Below are positions 38,611-49,216 of a DNA stretch of 64,000 bases, one piece after another. Within the stretch, counting starts at the first letter, position 1; each line of letters begins with the position of its first letter. The stretch is from contig CAVXKA010000002.1 of NCBI GenBank assembly GCA_963762255.1, positions 1,056,001 to 1,120,000 on the forward strand, given 5' to 3'. The translations under genes and the position numbers were made by a program. The stretch comes from Candidatus Eiseniibacteriota bacterium. GTDB taxonomy: Bacteria; Eisenbacteria; RBG-16-71-46; JABDJR01. The notes beneath the pieces were generated by a model. That model did not search any database, was not told the DNA's origin, and saw only the letters and a list, made by a program, of their open reading frames with translations.

Positions 38611-39738
38611 TCAGGCCGGGATCTTGACGCCGAGCCGCAGGGCCGTCGCCTCGAGTGCGGGGAGATCCACGGTGACCCCCAGCGGCGCGAGCGAAGTCGT
38701 GAGATCCCTCGCGTCCCGCCATAGCGTGCGCGCGGCGCCCGCGAAGCCCAGCCTCCACGTGTCGATCAGACTCTCCGCGCGGAATCCCGCCCGCATGAGA
38801 TCGAGTGCCTCGTGCGGTTCGGGGCGGAACTCGTGGATCGCGATCTCCGGATGCTCGCGGCGCACCCGCTCCCGCGTCGCGCGATGCTTGACCGTCGCGC
38901 TGATGCGCGCCATCTGATCCATGATCGCGGCCACGCCGAGATCGGCCACGCCCGGCGCGTGCGGGGTCGCTTGTCCCCCACCCCGGTCCGTTTCCTTCGC
39001 GCGGTACGGCACGAGCGGGCTCACGACGAGAATCGCGCGCGTCCCTTCGATCGCCGCGAGGTCCATGTGCGCGGGGTCCACGATCTGGCCGTCGATCAAA
39101 TGACGGCTCCCGATCCGCACCGGTTCGAAGTACATGGGGATCGTGGTCGAGGCGCGCACGGCGAGCGAGACAGGGGCCGACGTATCGTGGCCCGGCCCGT
39201 AGACGGCGCGCCCGCCGGAATCGAGGTCGCTCGCGGTGATGAGGAGCGGCGCGAGGAGCGCGTCGAAGCGATCGGCGCGGTTGTGCAGGGCCGCCGCGCG
39301 CTGGATCAGGGCGCCGATCCCGACGTTCGAGAAGAATCCGCCGGGGAGCAACGCTTGCAGGTCGTACACGACGTCCGCGAAGTCGGCCCGGCGATGCCCT
39401 CCGCCGCCTCGCACGACCCGCGGGAGCGCACGCACCGCGCGGCCGAACCCGCGCGCGTGGCGTCGCCAGGGCATACGGGAGAGCTCCCTCACGCGCGGGG
39501 CGAGCGGATGGCCCTTCTCGGAGAGCGCGCGGAGAGCCTCGGCGGGGTCCACGCCCAGCGCGAGCATCGCTCCCGCCACCGCGCCGCAGCTCGTGCCGAC
39601 GATGACGCGAGAGCGAGCGGCGGTCCATCCGGAGAGCGCCGTCTCGAGCGCGGCCACCGCGCCGAACTCGTAGAACGCGCCCGGGAAGCCACCTCCGGAG
39701 AGACAGAGCGCGATCGGGCTGCGGGGTTCCGCGCTCAT
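38611..39738 (-). CDS. Patatin-like phospholipase
   Basis: LSGGGFPG oxyanion motif, GTSCG nucleophile and IDGQ. Confidence 0.82.
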   Translation of the reverse strand: MSAEPRSPIALCLSGGGFPGAFYEFGAVAALETALSGWTAARSRVIVGTSCGAVAGAMLALGVDPAEALRALSEKGHPLAPRVRELSRMPWRRHARGFGRAVRALPRVVRGGGGHRRADFADVVYDLQALLPGGFFSNVGIGALIQRAAALHNRADRFDALLAPLLITASDLDSGGRAVYGPGHDTSAPVSLAVRASTTIPMYFEPVRIGSRHLIDGQIVDPAHMDLAAIEGTRAILVVSPLVPYRAKETDRGGGQATPHAPGVADLGVAAIMDQMARISATVKHRATRERVRREHPEIAIHEFRPEPHEALDLMRAGFRAESLIDTWRLGFAGAARTLWRDARDLTTSLAPLGVTVDLPALEATALRLGVKIPA

Positions 39739-39751
39739 GGCGGCGTCGCCG

Positions 39752-41932
39752 CTACTCCTCCCGCGCCACCGGGTAGAGTCGCCAACGCTCGTCGAAGAAG
39801 GGCGTACGCCGGTAGAACCACTGGAGCCTGGCGCGCGGGTTACCTGTGAACTCGGGTCCGGCCACGGCGAGCGTGTCCAGGAACGCCTTGGCCAGTGGGG
39901 GGTCCTCGGCGAGCATGCGCGAGGCCATCGGCTCCATCACGTAGGGCTCCACGTACTCGGGATTATTGAGCACGGATAGGAAAAATCCCCACTGGAAGAA
40001 CGACTCGGGCGATGCGGGCTCCAACAGCAGCACGGCAAGATCGCCGAGCGGCTGATCGGTCGGGACGCGCACCGAACCCGCGGGAAAGGTTTCAGTGCGC
40101 AGCTCCGCCTTCGGCGTCCCTGTCACCCGCGCGTGCCCCTCCGAGGGCTCGGCCTCGATGGCCGCGTCCTCGACGCGGTACATGCTCACCGCGATCTCGC
40201 GCGGCTCCGTGATCTCTTCCAGGCGCACGCCGTGCTGCTTCAGTCGCTCGATCACCTCCGGCCACCCGGCGGGAATCCAGTAGGCCTTGGGGCGCGTCGC
40301 CACGAGGTCCGGCTGCGTGTACGCGATGACCGGCGCGCGAATCGTGTCCGGCTCGCCGAGCCATTGCACCGCCAACCCACCCGACACCGCCGAGGGCGCC
40401 ACCCGCGAGCGCACACCGAGGAGCGTGACCATCTCCGGCGGCCCGTCCGGGCGCTTCCAGTTGAGCGGGATCGTGCGCCGGCGCGCGGCGCGATCCTCTT
40501 CGGTCGCCCGCTTCAGCTCGCGGCCGTGCTCGGCCAGGGTGCGTAGCGCGGACTCCAGCAGCACGTAGGTTCCGAGCACGCGCTGCGCGTACGGTTTGAG
40601 CGAGTGGTTCTCCACGAGCACGGTAGCGAGGTGGCGAGCGTCGCCATAGCCGTGCGAGAGCCGGACGCCGCTCGTGCCGACCCAGATCCCATCGGCGAGG
40701 CTGCGATCATTCACCGCGAAGATGAGGGGCCCGGGGACGTGCCCCATCGCGATGAGGTCCTGCCGGGCGGTGGGAGTGAACACGCCGTCCAGCCAGGCCG
40801 CAATGTTGGGCGAGTACGCGTGGGGGCCGTTGTAGCCCCAGGTGACGTCGTACTGGTAGTCGACCCCGTCGGTGACGTGAACGTCGATGTAGAGGTCGGG
40901 CTCCCACGCGTCGAGCACGCCCACCAGGGCCGCCGTCTCCGGCGCGTCGAGCTTGCCGAAGTCACGGTTGAGGTTCAGGTTTCGCGCCGTGGTGCGCCAC
41001 CCCGTCTCCACCGGGCCCCGCTGGTTGATGCGGCCGTTCGAACCGAAGCGATCGTGCCCCTCCACGTTGAGGATGGGGACGAAGAGGAAGTTCGCGCCGT
41101 CGAGGAGCGCGCGCTGGGTGCCCTTCACGGTCATGTCGCGCAGGAGCATCATCCCGGCGTCCTTGCCGTCCAGTTCGCCCGCGTGGATGGCACACTGAAC
41201 GAGGAGCGCGGGCTTGGCGGACTTGCTCACGGCCTCGGCCGTGAACGCATGATCCGCCGAGGCCACCACCATCCACACGTCGCGCCCGGTTGCGCTCTTG
41301 CCGATGGAGAGCATGGTGAGTTCCGGGGACGCGTCGCAGAGCTTGCGCAGCCAGGCCACTGTTTCGTCGGTGGTCGGCGTGACGTCGAGACCGCCCTTTT
41401 CGAACGGCGTGGCCCATGGATCGCTTGCGGGCAGCAGGAGCCGTTTGCTGGCGCCGTTCCAGGGGAGCGCGGGGGGAAGGATCGGCTCCGCGGCGGGGTT
41501 GCCGCCGACGTATAGCGTGTGCCCTCGTGACGTCGTCTGCGCCCCGCCCGATGATGTCGGTTGCGCGCTCAGCGGCACCGCGACGGCAAGCAGAAGCGAG
41601 CCAAGGAGCGCAAGCAACAGCGCGAGCGGCGAGGAGGGAAGCGAGATCAACGGTTTCTTGGGATGGCGTCGGAAGAGAAGGATGGTGCGGCCCAGCACCT
41701 GCACAAGCAGAGAGCCGCTGCGCTCCTCCAGCGCCGCCGCCGCCTCGTGGCGATCCACCGGACAGGTGTCGAGCACCTTGAGCTTGATGAGCTCCGCATG
41801 CTCGTGCGCGTCGACGATCGCCTGGAGGATGTCCTCGGAGACTCCCTGCTTACCGATATAGATCGTGGCTTTGAGTCCGTTGCCGAGCGCGCGCAGGGCC
41901 CGCTTGTCGGCGCCGGTTAAGGTCATTGACAT
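39752..41932 (-). CDS. YhbY RNA-binding domain in frame with a secreted M14 zinc carboxypeptidase
   Basis: N-terminal LRALG..LK..IGKQG...HELIK...QVLGRTILLFR (YhbY), then a hydrophobic signal-like segment, then IHAGE, NLNRDF and DVHVTDG (M14). Confidence 0.8.
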   Translation of the reverse strand: MSMTLTGADKRALRALGNGLKATIYIGKQGVSEDILQAIVDAHEHAELIKLKVLDTCPVDRHEAAAALEERSGSLLVQVLGRTILLFRRHPKKPLISLPSSPLALLLALLGSLLLAVAVPLSAQPTSSGGAQTTSRGHTLYVGGNPAAEPILPPALPWNGASKRLLLPASDPWATPFEKGGLDVTPTTDETVAWLRKLCDASPELTMLSIGKSATGRDVWMVVASADHAFTAEAVSKSAKPALLVQCAIHAGELDGKDAGMMLLRDMTVKGTQRALLDGANFLFVPILNVEGHDRFGSNGRINQRGPVETGWRTTARNLNLNRDFGKLDAPETAALVGVLDAWEPDLYIDVHVTDGVDYQYDVTWGYNGPHAYSPNIAAWLDGVFTPTARQDLIAMGHVPGPLIFAVNDRSLADGIWVGTSGVRLSHGYGDARHLATVLVENHSLKPYAQRVLGTYVLLESALRTLAEHGRELKRATEEDRAARRRTIPLNWKRPDGPPEMVTLLGVRSRVAPSAVSGGLAVQWLGEPDTIRAPVIAYTQPDLVATRPKAYWIPAGWPEVIERLKQHGVRLEEITEPREIAVSMYRVEDAAIEAEPSEGHARVTGTPKAELRTETFPAGSVRVPTDQPLGDLAVLLLEPASPESFFQWGFFLSVLNNPEYVEPYVMEPMASRMLAEDPPLAKAFLDTLAVAGPEFTGNPRARLQWFYRRTPFFDERWRLYPVAREE

Positions 41933-41975
41933 GGCGGTAGGCTAGCATATCGCGGAGGGGAAGATGACACCTCGG

Positions 41976-43259
41976 CTAATTGCCGGCGAACCTCCCCAAC
42001 TCCGCGCGCAGGGCCTCTTCGAGATTGGGAAAAGCGTAGCGGAAGCCCAGATCTTGAAGTCTTGCCGGCCGCACGTCCGCTCCTTCGAGAATGAGCGCGT
42101 CCCCCATCTCGCCCAACGCGGCGCGAATCACCGCCGCGGGCACGCGTAAGAGCACCGGCCGCCGCAGCACACGGCCCAGCACGCGCGCGAACTCCCTCTG
42201 GGACACCGGGCGCGGCGCGGTCGCGTTGACCGGCCCACGCAGCCGGGCGTCGAAGAGCGCGGTGAAGAAGAGTCCCAGCAGATCGTCGAGCGCGATCCAG
42301 CTCAACACCTGCCGCCCGTCTCCCATGATCGCGCCCCCACCCGCGGAGAAGACGGGAGCGAGGCGCGCAAGCATTCCCCCATTCCCCGCGAGCACGACCC
42401 CGATGCGGGGATGCACGACGCGGATGCCCGCGGCATCGGCGGGCGCGGCCGCGTCTTCCCACGCCCGCGCGAGGTCGGGGAAGAACCCCTCACCCTGGGC
42501 GGACGTTTCGGTGAGCGGCTCGTCGCCGCGGTTGCCGTAGAAGCCGACGGCGGAAGCGGAGATGAGAACGCCCGGGGGGTGCGCCAACGCGGCCAGCGTG
42601 CGGCAGAGGAGCGCGGTGCCCTCGGTGCGACTGCGCCGGAGAAGTTCCTTGCGAGCGGGCGTCCAGCGTCCCTCGCCCACGCTGGCTCCGGCGAGATTCA
42701 CCACGGCGTCGAACCCTTCGAGAGCGGCGGCGTCGATCTCTCCGCGTTCGGGATTCCAGGCGATCGCTCGCTCGCCCGGGCGCACCGCCCGGCGCACCAA
42801 CGGGACGACCTCGTGCCCGCCGGCGGTGAGGAACGCGGTCAGTGCGGTGCCGATCATCCCCGAGGCGCCCGTCATGGCCACGCGCAGCGGTCGGTCGAGC
42901 CGCGCGTCACGATGGCGCGTGAGATCCTCGCGAGTCCGGCGATGGCGAAACGCGAAGGTGCGTTCCAGCGCCCGCCGCACCGAGCGCCCGGCGGCGAACT
43001 CGCCCAGCGCGCCCAGCGGAAGCACGTAGTCGATCGTGTCCTCCAGCGTGCTCGCGCTCTCCCCTTCAGGCAGGAAGCGGTGCGCGTGAGCCCAACGCAC
43101 GAAAGGGCCCCGCACGTGCTCGCCCACCGGCCCGATGGATCTCCAGGGCGGGGTGAGCCGCGCGAACGCGCCGGGGCGCGCGTGCCAGGCGGCCAGGTCC
43201 TCGGCGGGGACCGGCATCGTGGAGCGCAGGACGAAGACGTTCCCGTGGTCGGTTCGCAT
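41976..43259 (-). CDS. TIGR01777/YfcH-family NAD-dependent epimerase with a shortened SRPBCC N-domain
   Basis: TGASGMIG, VNLAGA, SASAVGFYG, RIGVVL, SWIALDD and GPVNATAP motifs. Confidence 0.88.
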   Translation of the reverse strand: MRTDHGNVFVLRSTMPVPAEDLAAWHARPGAFARLTPPWRSIGPVGEHVRGPFVRWAHAHRFLPEGESASTLEDTIDYVLPLGALGEFAAGRSVRRALERTFAFRHRRTREDLTRHRDARLDRPLRVAMTGASGMIGTALTAFLTAGGHEVVPLVRRAVRPGERAIAWNPERGEIDAAALEGFDAVVNLAGASVGEGRWTPARKELLRRSRTEGTALLCRTLAALAHPPGVLISASAVGFYGNRGDEPLTETSAQGEGFFPDLARAWEDAAAPADAAGIRVVHPRIGVVLAGNGGMLARLAPVFSAGGGAIMGDGRQVLSWIALDDLLGLFFTALFDARLRGPVNATAPRPVSQREFARVLGRVLRRPVLLRVPAAVIRAALGEMGDALILEGADVRPARLQDLGFRYAFPNLEEALRAELGRFAGN

Positions 43260-43282
43260 GTCGCGCCATTATAATCGCGCGC

Positions 43283-44332
43283 GTGTCCGCCCCCGCGCTC
43301 AGTTCATCCATCGAACGATTCCTCATCCCGTGGACCCGACTCGACTGGCCGCTCGCCTGGCCCGAGATCTTCGGGCGGACGGCTCCGCTCGGCCTGGAAT
43401 TGGGCTTCGGAAACGGCGAGTTCCTGGAGGGGCTTGCCCCCGCGCATCCGGAATTGAACTGGGTCGGCATCGAGATCTCGTGGGCGTCGGTGCAGCGGCT
43501 GGTGAAGCGCGCCGAGGCGCACCGCCTCGACAACGTGCGCGCGATCCAGGGGGACGGCGCGTTCGTGCTCGAGCATCTCTTCGCCTCGCGCGCCGTCGAT
43601 CGCGTCTTCATCAACCACCCGGACCCGTGGCCGAAGAAGCGCCACTACGGGCGTCGACTGATCCAGCCCGCGTTTCTGGATCTTCTGGCGCGCCGACTCG
43701 TCCCCGGCGGCGAGGTCACCATCGTCACCGATCACGCCGGGTACGCGGAGTGGATCGCTGAAGCGCTCGAGGGGCAACGCGCGCTGCGCCCCGCTTTCGG
43801 AACCACGCGGGTCGACGAGCTTCCGGGCCGCGCGCGCACCAAGTACGAACGCAAAGGGGTCGAGGCGGGCTCGCGCATCAACTACTTCGTCTGGCGGCGC
43901 GAGGGCGAAGGCGGTCCCGAGCCCCCGCATGTGGAGAACACCGATACCATGCCCAACGTCATGCTCGAAGGACCGGTCTCTCTCTCCGCGCTCTTTCCCG
44001 AGTTCGCGCCGCGAATGTGGGAGACGGAGTACCGAGGCATCCGCGTGATCGTCCAGTTCGAGCAGGCCTACGTCCGCGCCGACGCGCGCGAGTGGCTGAT
44101 CGAGGCGCGCATTCAGGAGGGAACGTTCGTGCAGCACGTGGCGATCTCGGTGGCGTCCCGCCCGGAAAGCCGGCTCTTGGTGAAGCCGGCCTCGGTTGGC
44201 TCCCCGCGCCCGACCTGGGGCGTGAAGGAGGCGGTGCGGCTGACCGCGGAGCTGGTGCTGGCCGCGCACCCGGGGCTCGCCGTGCACTCGTCTTCCGTGG
44301 GGGACCCCGCCGGCCTCGAGGGTGTAGACTAG
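43283..44332 (+). CDS. trmB: tRNA (guanine-N7)-methyltransferase with a C-terminal extension
   Basis: LELGFGNG, GIE, HPDPWPKKRH, VTDH and TKYERK motifs. Confidence 0.9.
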   Translation: MSAPALSSSIERFLIPWTRLDWPLAWPEIFGRTAPLGLELGFGNGEFLEGLAPAHPELNWVGIEISWASVQRLVKRAEAHRLDNVRAIQGDGAFVLEHLFASRAVDRVFINHPDPWPKKRHYGRRLIQPAFLDLLARRLVPGGEVTIVTDHAGYAEWIAEALEGQRALRPAFGTTRVDELPGRARTKYERKGVEAGSRINYFVWRREGEGGPEPPHVENTDTMPNVMLEGPVSLSALFPEFAPRMWETEYRGIRVIVQFEQAYVRADAREWLIEARIQEGTFVQHVAISVASRPESRLLVKPASVGSPRPTWGVKEAVRLTAELVLAAHPGLAVHSSSVGDPAGLEGVD

Positions 44333-44368
44333 AGGCGTTCACCCCCACATCCCGCGGGAGAAGAAGCC

Positions 44369-45058
44369 ATGAAACTCCGCGGCTCAGTGTCGATGTCTGT
44401 CGCCTGTCTCTGCGTGTTCGTCGGTGCAGCGACTCCTCCGGCTGCCGCTGACGAGGTTATCATCCTTGAACCCGGATACGTGATCACCTCTCCCGTCAGC
44501 CTTCCCGGCTACACGATCTACACAGGCACCTCGCTCCAGGTGGTCGGCCACGTCCAGGAGTTCGTGGGTCCATTCGCGGATCTCAACCACCGTCCCCACC
44601 CGGAATTCACCTACGTGCTCTCGGGATTCGTTTGTACGGAGGAGTACTTCTGGGATGACTTCATCAACGATATCGGGGGATGGCTTGCCGAGTTCACCGA
44701 TGGCGAACTGAGCATCTACCGGGACATCTCTACCACCGCGCGTTTCGACGATCCTAGAACGTTTTCCGACGGGGAAGAACTCTTCGAAGCGGTCTGCTCC
44801 AACTTCCTGCTGGGCTGGATCCCCAATGCGCCACTCCCGGGACTCGTGTTCACCGGCGGTTCCCTCTTCGATCGGGTGAGTGCGAACGGGACTGGTTATC
44901 GGGGCATCGTCGCGGGGGAACTCGACGAGGGCACGATCCCAGCGGACATGCTGGCCTTGGGCTACCGGGCCGTTTACACCGGGACGGTCCAGGTCAGCTT
45001 CCCGGTCCCCGTCCAATCCACCACTTGGGGACGGCTCAAGACCCTCTACGATCACTGA
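44369..45058 (+). CDS. Secreted hypothetical protein with a C-terminal TWGxxKxLY tail
   Basis: Signal peptide; acidic beta-rich body; ends PVPVQSTTWGRLKTLYDH. Confidence 0.7.
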   Translation: MKLRGSVSMSVACLCVFVGAATPPAAADEVIILEPGYVITSPVSLPGYTIYTGTSLQVVGHVQEFVGPFADLNHRPHPEFTYVLSGFVCTEEYFWDDFINDIGGWLAEFTDGELSIYRDISTTARFDDPRTFSDGEELFEAVCSNFLLGWIPNAPLPGLVFTGGSLFDRVSANGTGYRGIVAGELDEGTIPADMLALGYRAVYTGTVQVSFPVPVQSTTWGRLKTLYDH

Positions 45059-45217
45059 TCTCCGCTCCCCGCCGGAAGTTGCCGCGCCCGGCCTCGGCGC
45101 GTGCCGCCAGGCTGAGAATCGTGCAGATTCTGGGTGGTCAAGAACCCCTATTTATGAGAAAAATATGGGGTTACGCCGATCCAAAACCACGCTCTCAACC
45201 GCCTCGGAGACGACCGC

Positions 45218-45760
45218 ATGCGCGATGCCGTGTTGAAGCTCTGGCCCGAACTCACCTGGATCAAGAACGAGAACCTGCGCGAGCGCGTGACCGTGACTTG
45301 GGAGCGTGCGTTCGAGCGGAGTCCGCTCACGCCGCAGGATCTCGAGACGATCCCCTTCACATTGCTCGTGCCCAACTGTCCTGTCACCTTCATGGCCCAC
45401 AAGCGGTGTGTGGTGCACATTGCGCGCCGCTCCGCCGAGGCCATGACCGAGTTCATGGGCACCGCGTTGCCGATCGACATGGACATCCTGATCGCGGGAG
45501 CGATCCTCGCCGATGTGGGGAAGCTCCTCGAATACGAGACGGTCGACGGCAAGGCCCGCCAGAGCCGGCGCGGCCAGTTGCTACGCCACCCGTTCACCGG
45601 CGCGGCGCTGGCCATGGAGTGCGGGGTTCCGGACGCCGCGTGCCACATCATCGCGACTCACTCCGAAGAAGGAAACCTCGTCAAGCGCACCACCGAGGCC
45701 TTGATCGTTCACCACGCCGACTTCATGAGCTATCTCCCCTTCAAGAACCTGGCCGGCTGA
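45218..45760 (+). CDS. HD-like phosphohydrolase (variant)
   Basis: AHKRCV, GAILADVGKLLEY (AD in place of HD), RHPFTG, HIIATHS and HHAD motifs. Confidence 0.75.
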   Translation: MRDAVLKLWPELTWIKNENLRERVTVTWERAFERSPLTPQDLETIPFTLLVPNCPVTFMAHKRCVVHIARRSAEAMTEFMGTALPIDMDILIAGAILADVGKLLEYETVDGKARQSRRGQLLRHPFTGAALAMECGVPDAACHIIATHSEEGNLVKRTTEALIVHHADFMSYLPFKNLAG

Positions 45761-45805
45761 TCCGCGCGGCCGCGATCTCGTGACGACAGAGGAGGACTTC
45801 CCCAG

Positions 45806-47203
45806 ATGACCGCCAAGGACAACGGCCAAGTCGCCGGCACCGTCACCGCCAAGATGGCCGCCTGGGCCGCCGGGCTGCGCTACGAGGACCTCTCTTCAGC
45901 CGCCGTGCGCGAGGCCAAGCGCTTCCTGCTCGACTCGCTGGGCTGCGCGCTCGGGGGGTATCTGCAGCACGATGTGCGCATCGCGCTCGAAGTGCTGGAT
46001 GAGATCGCGGGCCAGGGCTCCGCTACCGTGATCGGCTCCGGAAAGCGGATGGACCCGGTCTCCGCGTCGCTCGCCAACGCGCTCATGATCCGCGTCATGG
46101 ACTACAACGACATCTACTGGAAGCAGGATCCCTCGCACCCTTCCGATCTCATCCCCGCCGCCATGGCCTGCGGGGAACGGCAGGAAAGCGACGGCCGGGA
46201 GCTTCTGCTCGGCATCGCCCTCGGTCACGAGTTCGAGATGCGGCTCTGCGAGGCTGCGCTGCCCGGCATCCGCGAGCGCGGCTGGCACCACGCGACGCTG
46301 ACCGCCTTCGCCGCGCCGATCGTGGCCGGACGCGCGCTCGGCCTCAACGCCGAGCAGATCCAGCACGCGATCGGCATCGGGGCGAGCCGCCACGCCACCT
46401 ACGGCGCCGCGGTGGCGGGCAAGCTCACCATGATGAAGAACACGGTGGACCCGATGGCCACCCAGAGCGGCGTGCTGGCCGCTCTCCTGGCCGAGAAGGG
46501 ATACACCGGCCCCGAGCACGTGATCGAAGGCAAGGAGGGCATCGTCCACTGTCTCGGCCCGGAGTGGGATCTGGAAGTGCTCACCGACAGGCTCGGCGAG
46601 TCATGGCGCATCACGCAGTGCGGCATGAAGGCCTTCCCCACCGAGGCGCTCACCCACGCCCCGATCTCGGCGGTTCTCGACCTCGTGCGCGAACACGACC
46701 TGAAGCCGGACCAGGTGGACAAGATCCACATCCGCTCGCTCGCCCGCGCCGCCGACATCCTGGCCGATCCGAGCAAGTACGATCCGCACAGCAAGGAGAC
46801 CGCCGACCACTCCCTCCCCTACGTGATCGCGGTCGCGCTCGTGGACCGGCAGGTAACGCCGCTCCAGTTCACCGACGAGAAGATCCAGGACCCCACGATC
46901 CGCGCCCAGCTCCGCAAGGTGGAGGTGGTGGCGGACCCGCAGATCGAACAGGTGTTCCCGGTGCTGCAGCGCGTCGTGGTTTCGATCCACACGACGTCGG
47001 GCAGGTCCTACATGAAACAGCTCGACTTCCCGAAGGGCGATCCGCGGAACCCGCTCACCGATGCCGAGATCGAAGCCAAGTTCGACTCCCTCGCCGAGCC
47101 GGTGATGGACGCGGCCGCGCGCGCGAGGGTGAAGGACGCCGTGTGGAACCTGGAGAAGGAAGGATCGATCCGCAACTTCATGGCGCTGTTGAAATCGCGT
47201 TGA
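45806..47203 (+). CDS. prpD: MmgE/PrpD family dehydratase
   Basis: LLDSLGCALG, DYND, SHPSD, GWHH, KETADHSLPY and PKGDPRNPL motifs. Confidence 0.88.
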   Translation: MTAKDNGQVAGTVTAKMAAWAAGLRYEDLSSAAVREAKRFLLDSLGCALGGYLQHDVRIALEVLDEIAGQGSATVIGSGKRMDPVSASLANALMIRVMDYNDIYWKQDPSHPSDLIPAAMACGERQESDGRELLLGIALGHEFEMRLCEAALPGIRERGWHHATLTAFAAPIVAGRALGLNAEQIQHAIGIGASRHATYGAAVAGKLTMMKNTVDPMATQSGVLAALLAEKGYTGPEHVIEGKEGIVHCLGPEWDLEVLTDRLGESWRITQCGMKAFPTEALTHAPISAVLDLVREHDLKPDQVDKIHIRSLARAADILADPSKYDPHSKETADHSLPYVIAVALVDRQVTPLQFTDEKIQDPTIRAQLRKVEVVADPQIEQVFPVLQRVVVSIHTTSGRSYMKQLDFPKGDPRNPLTDAEIEAKFDSLAEPVMDAAARARVKDAVWNLEKEGSIRNFMALLKSR

Positions 47204-47258
47204 TCGAATCGCGGGCGAATCCGCCGGCGCCGGCCGGAGCCCGCCGAGGAGGTCCGTC

Positions 47259-49203
47259 ATGGGCCAGACCGTCGTCGAGAAGATCACTCAGCATCACCTG
47301 TCGGGCTCGCGGCCGCCGCGGGCGCTGCGCGCCGGAGACTTCGTCTCCATTCGCCCGCGCCACGTGCTGACCCATGACAACACGTCGGCGGTGATGAAGA
47401 AGTTCGCCGGCCTCAAGGCGGGGCGCGTACACGATCCCCGGCAACCGGTCTTCGCGCTGGATCACGACATCCAGAACCGCTCGGCGGAGAACCTCGAGAA
47501 GTACAGCAGAATCCAGGCCATGGCCGAGGACCAGGGGATCGACTTCCATCGCGCGGGGACCGGCATCGGCCACCAGATCATGGTGCAGGAAGGCTACGTG
47601 GTGCCGGGCTCGTTCGTTGTCGCCTCCGACTCCCACGCCAACATGTACGGCGCGCTCGGCGCGGTGGGCACGCCGGTGGTCCGCACCGACGCCGCCGCGA
47701 TCTGGGCCACCGGACACTTCTGGTGGCAGATCCCCCCCACCGTGCAAGTCGTGCTGAACGGCGAGTTGCCTCCGGGGGTGACCGGAAAGGACGTGATCAT
47801 CGCCCTGTGCGGCCTCTTCAATCGGGAGGAAGTGCTGAACACCGCGGTGGAGTTCACCGGCCCCGGTGTCACGTCGCTCAACATCGAGGCGCGGCTCACC
47901 ATCGCGAACATGACCACGGAGTGGGGGGCGCTGGTAGGCTGGTTCCCGGTGGACGACGTGACGCTGCGCTACATGGACCGCGTCCACGCCATCCTCGCCG
48001 AGCGGGGCATCGAGCGCTTCTCGCGAGCCCACCTCCAGGCATGGAGCACGAACTCGCCGCGGCCCGACACCAGCGCGGTGTATGCCGCGCGCATCACCTT
48101 CGATCTGAGCGAACTCACCCCGCACGTGAGCGGCCCCGACACCGTGCAGGCCATGTCCACACTGGCCGACATCGCCGAGAAGAAGATCGCGATCCAGAAG
48201 GCCTACATCGTGTCGTGCGTGAACTCTCGATGCAAGGATCTCGAGGCCGCGGCACGGGTGCTGGAGGGGAAGCGCGTGGCTCCGGGCGTGGAGCTCTACG
48301 TCGCGGCGGCGAGCAGGGCCGCACAGAAGATGGCGGAGAAGCGCGGCGCATGGCAGACGCTGCTCGCCGCGGGAGCGAAGCCGCTTCCGCCCGGCTGCGG
48401 GCCGTGCATCGGTCTAGGCGCCGGCCTCCTCGCCGCGGGCGAGGTCGGGATCTCCGCTACCAACCGGAATTTCAAGGGCCGCATGGGTTCCCGGGACGCC
48501 CAGTGCTACCTGGGGAGTCCGGAGACGGTGGCTGCCTCCGCGGTGGCCGGCTTCATCACCGGCGCCGCTTCGTGGACCGCCCGGCCGCTCACGCGCCGCA
48601 TCGAGGTCTTCGAGAGCGCGACGCCACCCGCCGGCGAGCGCATCGAGATTGTCGAGGGCTTCCCGGAACGCATTCGCGGCCGGCTCGTCTTCCTGCCCCA
48701 GGACAACCTCAACACCGACGGGATCTACGGCAAGGACTACACCTACCGCGAGGACATGACCCGCGAGGCGATGGCCCGCGTGGTCATGGAGAACTACGAC
48801 CCCGGCTTCGCGGGGGCGACGCGGGCCGGCGACGTGGTGGTGGGCGGATTCAACTTCGGGACGGGCTCGAGCCGCGAGCAGGCGGTGACCGCGCTGCAGG
48901 CCAAGGGCATTCCGATCGTGGTGGCGGGAAGCTACTCGCAGACCTATCTGCGCAACGCGTTCAACAACGGCTACATGTGCATCGAGAGTCCCGCGCTGGT
49001 CAAGGCGCTCAAGGAGCGCTTCGCGGGACGCCCGGAGAAGACGATCATCCCGGGCGACGAGATCGAGGTGGATTTCACGATCGGGCACGCTCATCTGGGC
49101 CGGGCAGACGTTCCGTTTCCCGCCCTTGAGCCGCGTGCCGCAGGAACTGGTCGTGGCGGGAGGTATCGAGAACCTCGTCCGCCGCAGCTTGGCGCAGGCA
49201 TAG
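47259..49203 (+). CDS. Single-chain homoaconitase-type hydratase (LysF/Lys4-like); frameshifted near 49085-49125
   Basis: THDNT, GIGHQIM, ASDSH, VRTDAAAIWATG, SCVNSR, GCGPCIG, NRNFKGRMG and GSSREQA motifs; C-terminus QELVVAGGIENLV lies in another frame. Confidence 0.85.
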
Positions 49204-49216
49204 GGAGGAATCGAGC

